NCBI GenBank assembly: GCA_963834385.1
Contig: CAWIBO010000002.1
Span: 704,001 to 768,000, forward strand
Direction: 5' to 3'
Length of the DNA: 64,000 nt
Source: an uncultured Verrucomicrobiae bacterium
GTDB taxonomy: Bacteria; Verrucomicrobiota; Verrucomicrobiia; Chthoniobacterales; UBA10450
The notes beneath the pieces were generated by a model that made no database searches, was not told the origin of the DNA, and saw nothing but the letters and a program-made list of their open reading frames with translations. Positions 10,664 to 20,017 of the stretch are shown here, piece after piece; within the stretch, counting starts at the first letter, position 1; every line of letters starts with the position of its first letter. The position numbers were made by a program, and so were the translations under genes.

Positions 10664-11215
10664 ATGATCTACGATCTCTCGCTGCAAACCGCCGGCTATC
10701 TTGCGGGCCTCTTTCTCCTCGTCCCGAGCCTCTTCTGCCTCGTCCAAAGCGAGGCCTCCCGGCGCTGGATGACCTCATTCCCGCGCTCGCGCACCACCGG
10801 CGCGATCCTGCTGACGCTCGGTGGGCTCTGGGCCTTCTGGCTTCTCTACACCATGCAGATGGGCGAGTTCTCCGGTTTTCGCCGCCCTCTTCTCTTTCTT
10901 CTGCCGGTCGCCTACGTGCTGGTGCTGCGGTTCGTCGACGAATTTTTGGCCGTGCGCGCCCTTGGCATCCTTTATCTGCTGGCGGCGGAACCGCTCCTCG
11001 AGGCGGCGTTTCTGCGCATTGAGCCGAGCCGGCTTTTCGTGACCGTCCTCGCCTACGTCATCATCACCAAAGGACTCTTCTACGTTATGATGCCGTATCT
11101 GATGCGGGACGGCCTCGCGTGGTCCACGCGGTCCGACGCCCGCTGGCGGCTCCTGCATAGCGGCGCCGCGGCCTATGGTCTGGTTTTGCTCGGGCTGGCC
11201 CTGACCATTTATTGA
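10664..11215 (+). CDS. Hypothetical membrane protein
   Basis: Several hydrophobic helices; operonic with miaB. Confidence 0.75.
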   Translation: MIYDLSLQTAGYLAGLFLLVPSLFCLVQSEASRRWMTSFPRSRTTGAILLTLGGLWAFWLLYTMQMGEFSGFRRPLLFLLPVAYVLVLRFVDEFLAVRALGILYLLAAEPLLEAAFLRIEPSRLFVTVLAYVIITKGLFYVMMPYLMRDGLAWSTRSDARWRLLHSGAAAYGLVLLGLALTIY

Positions 11216-12200
11216 GTGACGCCCGGGACGCGGATCGATCGCCTCCTCGTACTGCGCGGCGGCGCCATCGGCGATTTCATCCTGACGCTGCCGGCGTTGC
11301 GCCTGCTGCGTGATGCCTTTCCCGAGGCCACGCTGGAATTGGTGGCCCATCCCCGCGTGGCCTGCCTCGCCGTCGGCCGCTTTTACGCCCGGGCGGCACG
11401 GTCACTGGAGGAGGGCCGGCTGGCCACTTTCTTCGTGGCGGGAAGCGAGCTGGACCCGGCATGGGTGGGACATTTCCGCCGTTTCGACCTTGTCCTGAGT
11501 TATCTCCCGGATGCGGACGGGGTCTTCGCAGACAACCTCCGCCGGGCAGGCGTGAAGCAGTTGCTCACGGGCCAGGGACCTGGGGTGGCGGCAAAGGAAG
11601 GAAACGTTGGGGTCCCGGAACATGCCGCCGCACATTTGGCGGCACCGCTGCGCGCGCTCGGCCTGACCTTGCCAGACCCGGCAGCCCGTCTTTTCCCGGA
11701 CGAGGCCGACCGCGCGGCGGCACGGAGGATTGTGACCGGCGGCGGCGAATCGTTGGTCGCCCTGCATCCGGGCAGTGGCAGCCGCGGGAAAAACTGGCCG
11801 TTGTCTTGCTGGATCCAGCTGGCCGAACATCTGCTGAAATTTACCGCGGGGCGCCTGCTCCTGGTGGGGGGCGAAGCGGAGGAAAGCGAGATCGCGACCC
11901 TCTTGCGCGTCCCTTCCGGGTGATCGCGTCGTGTCCGCCTGCCACCAGCCGCTTCCGGTGCTGGCGGCGCTGCTGGAGAATGCGTTCTTTCTCGGGCACG
12001 ACAGCGGCATCTCGCATCTGGCAGCGGCGGCGGGCGCGCGCTGTCTTCTCCTGTTCGGGCCGACTGACCCGGCCATCTGGGCGCCGGCCAATCCCGGGGT
12101 GACCGTCCTGGCCGCGCCTGACGGAAAGATGGAAAGGCTCGGACTCGAGCGGGTGAAAGAGGCGGTCTACGAACTGATGCGCATCGGCATCAGGACGTAA
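11216..12200 (+). CDS. Glycosyltransferase family 9 (heptosyltransferase-like); frameshift near 11915
   Basis: GGAIGDFILTLP and LHPGSG..KNWP; second frame GHDSGISHLAAA..LFGPTDP..WAP. Confidence 0.88.
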
Positions 12201-13264
12201 AGGAACGGCGTCTGGATCTTGAGCACGCCCGGGCTCATCTCATCAATCAGGTCGAGGAAGACTTCGTCCTCGGTCAGGTTGCGCAGCGGCGCCATGAGAA
12301 ATTCGGGGTTAAAGGCGATGGAGAACTCGCGTCCTTTGTAGATCACCGGGAGCGATTCCTTGGCCTCGCCCACCTCGGGCGTATTGGCGGTGATGTCGAT
12401 GTTGTTCTTGCTGAAGTTGAGCTTGATCGAGTTCGACTTGTCGCTGGCCAGGAGGGAAACGCGGCGGAGCGAGTTCAGGAAGGTCTCGCGCTCGAGCGTG
12501 ACCCGTTCCTTGGCCTCGGAGGGGATGACCTGCTTGTAGTTCGGGTAATTGCCTTCGATCAGTTTGGAAACGAGCAGGGTGTTGTTGAGATCAAAGGCAA
12601 TCTGGCCGGACCCGACGCTGACCTTGACCTCGCCATCGTCGGCCAGAAGGCGCGACAGTTCGGTGACGGCCTTGGTCGGGACAATGATGTCGGCCTCGTG
12701 GCTGCGCGGGAACTCCAGCTCGATGTCGACCATGGCGAGCCGGCGGCCGTCCGTCGCCACGAGGGTGAGCTTGTTTTCCTTGAAGGAGAAAAGGACGCCG
12801 TTGAGGACGTAGCGGGTCTCGTCCGTGGAGATGGCGTAGGAGGTTTTGCGCAGGCCGTCGCGCAGCTCCTTTTGCCGGATGGTGACCACCTTGGCATCCT
12901 CGAACTTCGGCAGGGGCGGAAACTCCTCTTCCGGCAGGCCGAGGATCTTGAAGAAGCTCTGGCCGCTCCGGATGGAGGCGGCGTTCTTGCCGTCGACATC
13001 CACCTGGATCTCGCTCGAAGGGAGCTCGCGGATGATGGTGAACAACCGGCGCGCCGGCAGGGTGGTCGAGCCTTCCTTGTCCACCTGCGCCTCAAAGCTG
13101 CCACGGACGCCGACGTCGAGATCGGTCGTGGTCAGGTGAACGACGTTGCCGTTCGCCTGCAAAAGGACGTTGGAAAGAATCGGCAGCGTGGTCCGGGTGC
13201 TGACGACGTTCTGGACCTGCTGGAGGCCCTCGAGAAGTTTCTCTTTGGTAACGCTAAATTTCAT
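12167..13264 (-). CDS. dnaN: DNA polymerase III beta clamp
   Basis: TTLPILSNVL, ETRYVLNG, VATDGRRLA, SKLIEGNYPNY, YVLMPMR. Confidence 0.98.
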   Translation of the reverse strand: MKFSVTKEKLLEGLQQVQNVVSTRTTLPILSNVLLQANGNVVHLTTTDLDVGVRGSFEAQVDKEGSTTLPARRLFTIIRELPSSEIQVDVDGKNAASIRSGQSFFKILGLPEEEFPPLPKFEDAKVVTIRQKELRDGLRKTSYAISTDETRYVLNGVLFSFKENKLTLVATDGRRLAMVDIELEFPRSHEADIIVPTKAVTELSRLLADDGEVKVSVGSGQIAFDLNNTLLVSKLIEGNYPNYKQVIPSEAKERVTLERETFLNSLRRVSLLASDKSNSIKLNFSKNNIDITANTPEVGEAKESLPVIYKGREFSIAFNPEFLMAPLRNLTEDEVFLDLIDEMSPGVLKIQTPFLYVLMPMRISS

Positions 13265-13359
13265 GTCCGGCGGCGAAAGCGACTAAGATGTAAGGCTTCG
13301 CATTTTGTTCGGCAACCGTATTCTCGATCTTGTGTGCGCGGCCTGGCAACCCCCCACGG

Positions 13360-14715
13360 CTAGCGGGCCAGGGCGCTGTCGATGAACGAGATGGTCTGCC
13401 GGACGCTGTCCTCCTCGCTCATCCGGCGTTTCACCAGTTTGCAGGCATGGAGGACGGTGCCATGGTCGCGCCCCCCGAAAGCGTCACCAATCTCGTTGAG
13501 CGAGGCCTTGGTCAGCTCCCGGGCCAGATACATCGCGACCTGGCGGGGAAAGGCGATGTTGGCCGGGCGCCGCTTGCTCGTCATGTCGGCCAGGCGCACG
13601 TCGAAGTGCTCGGCCACGCGCCGCTGGATCTGCTCGATCGTGACGGCATGACGGGCCTCCTCCTGGAGGATGTCCTTGAGCAGGTGCTCGACCACTTCAT
13701 TGGTCAGTTCCTTCCCGCTGAGGGAGGCAAAGGAAGCCACGCGCATGAGCGCGCCCTCGAGCCGGCGGACGTTGGTCCGGATGCGGGTGGCCAGGAAATC
13801 GAAGATCTCGTCGCGCAACGTGATCTGCAGGGCGCGCGCTTTCTTGCGGAGAATGGCCAGGCGGGTCTCGATGTCGGGCGGCTGCAGCTCGGCCGTGAGG
13901 CCCCACTCGAAACGGGAAACGAGGCGGTGCTCGAGGTTGGCGATCTCGGAAGCAGGCCGGTCGCTCGAGAGAACGATCTGCTTATGGCCATCAAAGAGAG
14001 CGTTGAAAGTGTGGAAGAACTCCTCCTGCGAGCGCTCCTTCCCGCCGAGGAACTGGATATCATCGATCAGGAGCAGGTCGGCCTGGCGGTAGCGTTTCCG
14101 GAACTTCACCAGCGTGCTGTGCTGGATGGCGTCGATGAATTCGTTGATGAAAAGTTCGCTCGAGAGATACATCACCCGGGCGTTCTTCTTTTTCGAGAGG
14201 ACGAACTGGCCGATGGCCTGCATGAGGTGGGTCTTGCCCAGTCCCACGCCGCCGTAGATGAAAAGCGGGTTGTAGGTGCGGGAGGGCGACTGCGCCACCG
14301 CCAGGCTGGCCGCGTGCGCGATCTCGTTCGTCGGCCCGACGACAAAGGAATCAAAGGTGTTGCGCGGGTTCAATCCGGCCGGGAGCACCGCGGGTTTGCC
14401 CGGCGCCGGCGCAGGATCTTCCCTTTCCTCCACCACCACGGCTGAGGCCTGTTCGGTCCCGTCACTTCCCTTGACCGCGAACCTGACGTGCCGCGGCGCG
14501 CCAAAGGCGGTCACGATCGCCGACTGCAGAGCCTGCATGTGGTTACTCTCGATCCAGAACTGGTAAATGTTGTTCGGCACGCAAAACGTCAGGCTGTCAT
14601 CGGTCGCGCCCGTGATCTGCACCGCCGAAAACCAGCGCTTGTAAGTGTCGGGGCTGACCTGGGGTTTTAACGCCGTCGACAGGCGCTGCCATTGTTGTGC
14701 AAACTTCTCGTCCAT
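13360..14715 (-). CDS. dnaA: Chromosomal replication initiator DnaA
   Basis: YNPLFIYGGVGLGKTHLM, LLIDDIQF, QEEFFHTFN, RQVAMYL..IGDAFGGRDHGTV. Confidence 0.98.
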   Translation of the reverse strand: MDEKFAQQWQRLSTALKPQVSPDTYKRWFSAVQITGATDDSLTFCVPNNIYQFWIESNHMQALQSAIVTAFGAPRHVRFAVKGSDGTEQASAVVVEEREDPAPAPGKPAVLPAGLNPRNTFDSFVVGPTNEIAHAASLAVAQSPSRTYNPLFIYGGVGLGKTHLMQAIGQFVLSKKKNARVMYLSSELFINEFIDAIQHSTLVKFRKRYRQADLLLIDDIQFLGGKERSQEEFFHTFNALFDGHKQIVLSSDRPASEIANLEHRLVSRFEWGLTAELQPPDIETRLAILRKKARALQITLRDEIFDFLATRIRTNVRRLEGALMRVASFASLSGKELTNEVVEHLLKDILQEEARHAVTIEQIQRRVAEHFDVRLADMTSKRRPANIAFPRQVAMYLARELTKASLNEIGDAFGGRDHGTVLHACKLVKRRMSEEDSVRQTISFIDSALAR

Positions 14716-14988
14716 GTGGAGTTGTTAACAGCGCTAAATCGCCCCGCAGCCTCTCTCCCCAGAGGGAAAATGACGCCGTCCGGTCACCGGCTCGGGAAAA
14801 ATTCGGGGCGTGCTTTCCGGCGCGACCGCCGGCCGCTGACGGGAAAAAAACGGGATATACGAGGGAAAACAGGCGGCGCGCCCCGGGAAAGAGGAAAGGA
14901 ACGCGACAAAGCGTGGAGAGAGAAGGGCGGCGCAGGAAGGCAGGCAGTGTTCCATGGTTGGTGGGTCGCTCCTGCAGTGGCCCCTCGT

Positions 14989-15008
14989 CTATTCACATGT
15001 TATTCACA
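14989..15008 (+). promoter_or_regulatory. Tandem DnaA boxes upstream of dnaA (candidate oriC or autoregulatory sites)
   Basis: CTATTCACA (14989-14997) and TTATTCACA (15000-15008) match TTATNCACA. Confidence 0.6.
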
Positions 15009-15244
15009 TGCAGGAAGTTCACTGCCGCAGCGGCTTGGAGATTAAAAACCGACCCCATGGCCGACAAGAAAAAATCGGAAGTTTATTTTGTGAACGCGCC
15101 GAGAAAAATCTTGACGAAAAATCGACCCTGAAACTGTGCGTGAATCTCCCTCGACAGCGCTTCGAGACGGTTGACCGAAAAGGTGCGCGTGAGTCATTCT
15201 TGCCCATCCGTCCGACGCTTTGGCCGGCTGACTCGACCTTGTTC

Positions 15245-15664
15245 ATGACCGACCAAACCCGAAAAATGCGTGCCTTTGCCGGCCGCGCTTTCCTGATTCT
15301 GGCCGGCGCGGCGTTGCTCGGCTCGTGCACCACGATGGGAAAAAGAAGTGAAGCTCCGGGGCTCGTCCACGTGGTGCTGGTCTGGCTGAAGCATCCGGAA
15401 AAGGCCGGCGACCGCGCGGCCCTGGTCAACGCGTCGCGCGCTTTCCAGCGAATCCGGGGCGTGGAAGCGGTGCAGGTGGGAGGTTCCCTCCCGGTGCGGC
15501 GGCCCGGGGTTGAACAAAACTTCGATCTCGCTGTCATAATAACCTTCCGGAACCGCGACGCTCTCGAGCGTTACGAAACCGATCCCCGCCATCAAATGGC
15601 CGCGCAGCAAGTCCTTAAACCCCTCGCCCGGCGCTACACCGTCTTCAATGTCGTGCTCGAGTAA
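15245..15664 (+). CDS. Dabb family (stress-responsive A/B barrel) lipoprotein
   Basis: HVVLVWLK, FD.A.IITF...ALERYETDPRHQ; lipobox LGSC. Confidence 0.8.
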   Translation: MTDQTRKMRAFAGRAFLILAGAALLGSCTTMGKRSEAPGLVHVVLVWLKHPEKAGDRAALVNASRAFQRIRGVEAVQVGGSLPVRRPGVEQNFDLAVIITFRNRDALERYETDPRHQMAAQQVLKPLARRYTVFNVVLE

Positions 15665-16178
15665 ATTTTTCCTTCTCTGCCTGGCCCTGGCGGCCATGAC
15701 CGGTTCCGCGGTCGCGGCCGAGGACGTGGTCCCTCCATTTGGCTTCCAGTGGAACCAGGAATCGATCGCGGTCGAAAAGGTCCTCGGCAAGGTGAACGGG
15801 GCGCGCATCACCTCGCGTGAGCGCAAGCTGACCCGCGAGGTCTGGACGGTGGAAGGCCTGGTCCAGCCCGGCCTGAGCCAGTCGCTCTTCACTTTCCGTA
15901 ACGGGAAGCTGGCCGGGATCGAGCTGCATTACACCTATCCGCAATGGAGCGTGGAGAAGTATGCCGACCGCATGGGCCAGATCCGCCGTTACTTCGACGA
16001 CCGCTTTGGCACCGGCAAGCTGGTCTCGCGCGTCCGCGACACCGACACGGAAGTGGTCCAGACCCTGGTGGGTTACCAGTGGATTGCCGGTTCCACCATG
16101 CTCGAGCTTTTCTATTTTTCCGCGGTGCGCGACCGCAACGCCTTCCGCACCATCACGATCGACTACAAGCTTCTCTGA
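15648..16178 (+). CDS. Hypothetical exported protein
   Basis: Signal peptide, PPFGFQW; codon usage like neighbours. Confidence 0.72.
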   Translation: MSCSSKFFLLCLALAAMTGSAVAAEDVVPPFGFQWNQESIAVEKVLGKVNGARITSRERKLTREVWTVEGLVQPGLSQSLFTFRNGKLAGIELHYTYPQWSVEKYADRMGQIRRYFDDRFGTGKLVSRVRDTDTEVVQTLVGYQWIAGSTMLELFYFSAVRDRNAFRTITIDYKLL

Positions 16179-16187
16179 GGCCGGCCC

Positions 16188-16745
16188 TCAGGCCGCGGCC
16201 CATTCCTTGCGCAGCCGTTTCAGCCGCCCCTGCAGGGTGGCCTTGGCCGCCGAGTTCATCCGGTCGATGAAGAGGATGCCGTTGAGATGATCGATCTCGT
16301 GCTGCAAGGCCCGCGCCAGCAGCCCCCCAGCCTCGAGGCGCAGGGTGTTCCCCTCCAGGTCGCGCGCCGTCACCGTCACGGTCTCCGCGCGTTCGATCTC
16401 GGCGGTGACCTCGGGAAAGCTGAGGCAGCCTTCGGTGCCGAGCGCGGTGCCCGGGTGCAGTTCGAGCAAGGGATCGACCAGGACCAGCGGCATGGCCGCG
16501 GCCGGATCCACCTCGCGGCCGTCCACCTTGAGCGTGCTGGGACGGTCTTCCACCTGCGAAACATCGATCACGGTGAGCTGCAAGGCCTCGCCCACCTGTT
16601 GCGCGGCCAGGCCGACGCCGTGCGCCGCCTCCATGGTCTCGAGCATGTTGGCCGCCAGCGCGCGCACGGTCTCATTCACCGGCCCGACCGGCCGACCCTT
16701 GGCCCGCAGCACCGGATCGCCATATTTCCGGATCGGGAGCTTCAT
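16188..16745 (-). CDS. def: Peptide deformylase
   Basis: GVGLAAQQVG, EGCLS, QHEIDHLNG. Confidence 0.97.
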   Translation of the reverse strand: MKLPIRKYGDPVLRAKGRPVGPVNETVRALAANMLETMEAAHGVGLAAQQVGEALQLTVIDVSQVEDRPSTLKVDGREVDPAAAMPLVLVDPLLELHPGTALGTEGCLSFPEVTAEIERAETVTVTARDLEGNTLRLEAGGLLARALQHEIDHLNGILFIDRMNSAAKATLQGRLKRLRKEWAAA

Positions 16746-17149
16746 TTGTCGGCCTGGGTGAAGGCCGGCAGGTTGCGCACGCCGGCCAGTTTCAGCGCGT
16801 CCATCACCTTGATGATGGTGCCGAAGGAAGCCTTCTTGTCGGCCTGCAGGGCCAGGAGGGCGCGCCGTTTCTCGGGCAGGCCGCGGATGATCGCCTCCAG
16901 GTTCTCCACCGCCACGACCTCCCCATCGACCTTGACCTCGTCGTTGGCATCGACGCTGACGAGGGCGTGCTCAAGCTCGGCCGGCTGGCTCGTGGCGGTC
17001 TTCGACTCGGGCAGATTGATCTGCACCTCCGGCTGGTCCTTCTTGAAGGTGGTCGAGACCACGAAAAAGATGAGCAGGATGGTCAGGATATCGACGAGCG
17101 AGACGATGATGATCGACGGGGCCCGGCGTTTACGGACGGCAAACTTCAT
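16742..17149 (-). CDS. exbD: Biopolymer transporter ExbD
   Basis: SLVDILTILLIFFVV, LQADK...VMDAL. Confidence 0.92.
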   Translation of the reverse strand: MKFAVRKRRAPSIIIVSLVDILTILLIFFVVSTTFKKDQPEVQINLPESKTATSQPAELEHALVSVDANDEVKVDGEVVAVENLEAIIRGLPEKRRALLALQADKKASFGTIIKVMDALKLAGVRNLPAFTQADK

Positions 17150-17161
17150 CGTGCGGAAACG

Positions 17162-17848
17162 CTAGGCCACCGGCGCGCGAGCGACGGGCGCCGAGGGACG
17201 GAGCGACCCGGAATCGCTCACCCTGCCGTAGTAACATTTGCTGATCAGGTCGACCACGAGGGTCTCCATCTCGACCGACATGACCTCGATTTTCTTGGAG
17301 AAATAACTGAAGGCGACCAGGGTGGGCACGGCGATGGAGAGGCCAAAGACCGTGGCGTTGAGCGCCTCGGCGATGCCGAGGGCGATGGCCTGGGTGTTGG
17401 CCGAGCCGGTGCTGATGCCCAGGGCGGAAAAAACGCGGACCAGGCCGGAAACCGCGCCGATAAGGCCAAGGAGCGGCGCGATGCCGGTAATAATCTCGAG
17501 CGACATGAGCCCACGCTCGAGCACCACCATCTCGTGGCGAGCGCGGGTTTCCACCGCCTCCACCGTTTCCGCGCGGGGCGCCCGCAACTGGCGCAGGGCC
17601 ACCCGCACGATGCGGGCCAGGGCCGAGTCGTCATGCTGCACGATTTTCCAAAGCCGCTCCGCACTGCCGCCGGCGGTGAGACGCTCGATCTCGCTTTCAA
17701 TCACCAGCGGCAGGACTTTTTTCCGGCGCAACGCCATCCCCCGCAGGATGATGGTGGTGACGGCGATGATCGAGCAGGCCAGGAGCGGCCACATGAAAAG
17801 GCCGCCCTGGACAAAAAATACGTAGGCTTTCTGGATGGAGTCAGGCAT
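17162..17848 (-). CDS. exbB: MotA/TolQ/ExbB proton channel protein
   Basis: GGLFMWPL, APLLGLIGAV.G, GIAEAL.AT.FGL.IA.P. Confidence 0.92.
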   Translation of the reverse strand: MPDSIQKAYVFFVQGGLFMWPLLACSIIAVTTIILRGMALRRKKVLPLVIESEIERLTAGGSAERLWKIVQHDDSALARIVRVALRQLRAPRAETVEAVETRARHEMVVLERGLMSLEIITGIAPLLGLIGAVSGLVRVFSALGISTGSANTQAIALGIAEALNATVFGLSIAVPTLVAFSYFSKKIEVMSVEMETLVVDLISKCYYGRVSDSGSLRPSAPVARAPVA

Positions 17849-17862
17849 GCGCGCGAGAAAGG

Positions 17863-18933
17863 TTACCGATTCGCGTAAGTCGTAAAGGAGATATCGATGG
17901 GAAGACGCCCGTTGGGAAGGGTGTTAATCAACTCGGGCGGGATGTCCGGGATGGCCGCCTGCTGAAAGGCCTCCAGGCAAATGTTGGCGAAGGCTTCGTT
18001 GGAATCATTCGAGATGACCCGAAGATTCCGGATCTGCCCGTCGGCATCCACTTCGCCCTCCACCACGGCGGTGCCAATGCTGACCAGGTCGATCCGGTCG
18101 TTCATGGCCTTATACCAGCGTTTTCCAATCGCATCGACCACGGTCTTCTTGTAGCGGCCGAGAGGCGTTTCTGCCGCGTCCACCGTGGCGGCGCCGCGGC
18201 GGCCGACCTGCCCGGAAATGCGCGTTTTCTCCTTCATTTCACGATAGGCCGACCGGGGCGAGGCCGGGCGGGGACGCAGGGTGGGCGGCACCGCTTCCAG
18301 GTTGGGAATGATGGGCGTCGGTAACGCTTCAGGTGGCGTTTCCGCCGGCGGAGGCGTGGCCGTCAGCATCGCCAGTTGTTCCACCATCGGCGTCGGGGTC
18401 ACCGCCGGCGTGGGCGTGGGGGTCACCGGGGGTGGCGTGGCCGTGGCTTCCGGCGTGGGAGCAGGCGTCGCGACGGGTGGCGGCGTAGGCGGAGGGGTCG
18501 CGCTCGGGCCCGGGGGCGGCTGGGCCTGACGGGGTTCCGCCCCGGCCAGCTCAAGCGCCTGCCGCTGGGTTTCCGTCTCGAGCGCGGGCTGTTCCCGGCC
18601 ATCCTGCGTCGGCAGCGGCGCGTCGCCGCGATCCGGCAGCTCGCTAGCGGCGAGGCTGTTCGCGTTCGCTTCGAAAAGAGCTTCGCGCGGCGCTTCCTCG
18701 GAGCGCTTGGACTCGTCGATGTCCTTGAATGGAGTGCTCGCGGGCGCGGCCGCCAGTTCCGGTGCCGCAGGACTGGTGTCGATGATGGTCAGTTCCACCG
18801 GCTCATCCAGCACCTCCGGCAGCGGCGCGGTCAGGTTGGAGAAGGCCGCGAGCGAGACGGCCACGAGCAGGTGGACGCCGACGGAGGCAAGCACCGCCCA
18901 AACCACCTTCCGGGTATCGCTCGTTGTTCGCAT
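17863..18933 (-). CDS. TonB/TolA-like energy transducer
   Basis: N-terminal TM with S..VH, long Pro/Thr linker, TonB-C-like domain; operon with exbBD. Confidence 0.8.
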   Translation of the reverse strand: MRTTSDTRKVVWAVLASVGVHLLVAVSLAAFSNLTAPLPEVLDEPVELTIIDTSPAAPELAAAPASTPFKDIDESKRSEEAPREALFEANANSLAASELPDRGDAPLPTQDGREQPALETETQRQALELAGAEPRQAQPPPGPSATPPPTPPPVATPAPTPEATATPPPVTPTPTPAVTPTPMVEQLAMLTATPPPAETPPEALPTPIIPNLEAVPPTLRPRPASPRSAYREMKEKTRISGQVGRRGAATVDAAETPLGRYKKTVVDAIGKRWYKAMNDRIDLVSIGTAVVEGEVDADGQIRNLRVISNDSNEAFANICLEAFQQAAIPDIPPELINTLPNGRLPIDISFTTYANR

Positions 18934-19043
18934 GGTGAGGAGAAACGCTGCCGGCGCAGGAACGGCGTGGCGGCGCTATCTGCTTGAGCAATTTCTGCGC
19001 GAGTTCAGCGGCGGAAGATAGGCCAGCGGTTCTCCGGTGACAA

Positions 19044-19926
19044 CTAGGCCGCCGGGGCCGGTGGCCGCCGCGACCGGGCCGGCCGCACCGCGGCGCGGGC
19101 CCCAAGCCGGGCATAATGAAAAAGATACTGCTGCGCATACCCGCCGTACGGCCCGAAGTAACTGGCGCTGAAATCGCGCAGCTCACCCGGCTTGAACTTG
19201 CGGCGGCGCGGGAAATAGCGGCTGCGCAGGACGCGCTCGATCCAGACGTCGATGGGAAAGGCGCGCAACCGTTCGTAGGCGAAAAGCTGCACGCAGTTGG
19301 CCACTTTCGGTCCGACGCCGGGCAGTTCCCGCAGGCGGTTGTGCAGTTCCTCGTCGGGCAGCGCCCGCCAGGCCGCGAGATTGGCCCGCCCTTCCACCAC
19401 CAGCCGCGCGGTGGCGAGCAGGTTGCCCGCGCGATACCCGAGCCCGCAGCCGCGCAGGTCCGCCTCGCTGCAGCGGGCGACCGCGTCGGCCGAGGGAAAA
19501 ACAAACAGGTCGAGCCGGTCCAGCGGCCGGCGCACCCCGAAGCGCTGGCGCAGGGCCGCCGTCATCTGCCGGATGTGCGCCACCTGTTTCACGGAGGAAC
19601 AGATGAAGCTGGCGAGGCATTCCCAGACGGGCTGGCGAATGATGCGCAGACCGCGGCAGAATTTGCGCGCCGCTGCCATGGTATCGTCCGCCGGAAACGT
19701 GCGGCAGATTTTGTCCAGGGAATGATCGAGCGCAAAATAGCGGGACACGGCGACCGCGCTGCCGGCCGACATGACCAGGTCGGTCGCCCCGCTGCTCCAC
19801 ATAGACCGGGCGGTCGCCGATGCACCCGGCGAAGCCGCCGCCGGCGGCCTGCCAGTGGAAGACCTGGCCGGACCCCACGGTGAGGGCGAGATCGAAATTC
19901 GGCACGGCCATTTCCTCCAGCTTCAT
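19044..19926 (-). CDS. 8-oxoguanine DNA glycosylase (OGG1-like); frameshift near 19780
   Basis: FDLALTVGSGQVFHW, WECLASFICSS, GLGYRA, HhH LPGVGPKVANC, AFPIDVW, GYAQQYLF. Confidence 0.88.
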
Positions 19927-20017
19927 CAGGGTAATTCCAATATGAAGGAGGGTCCGCCGCGGCGCGCTTGAAAAATGCGTGTTTCCCGCGATTCATCCAT
20001 GGCTTAATACCGCGCAG

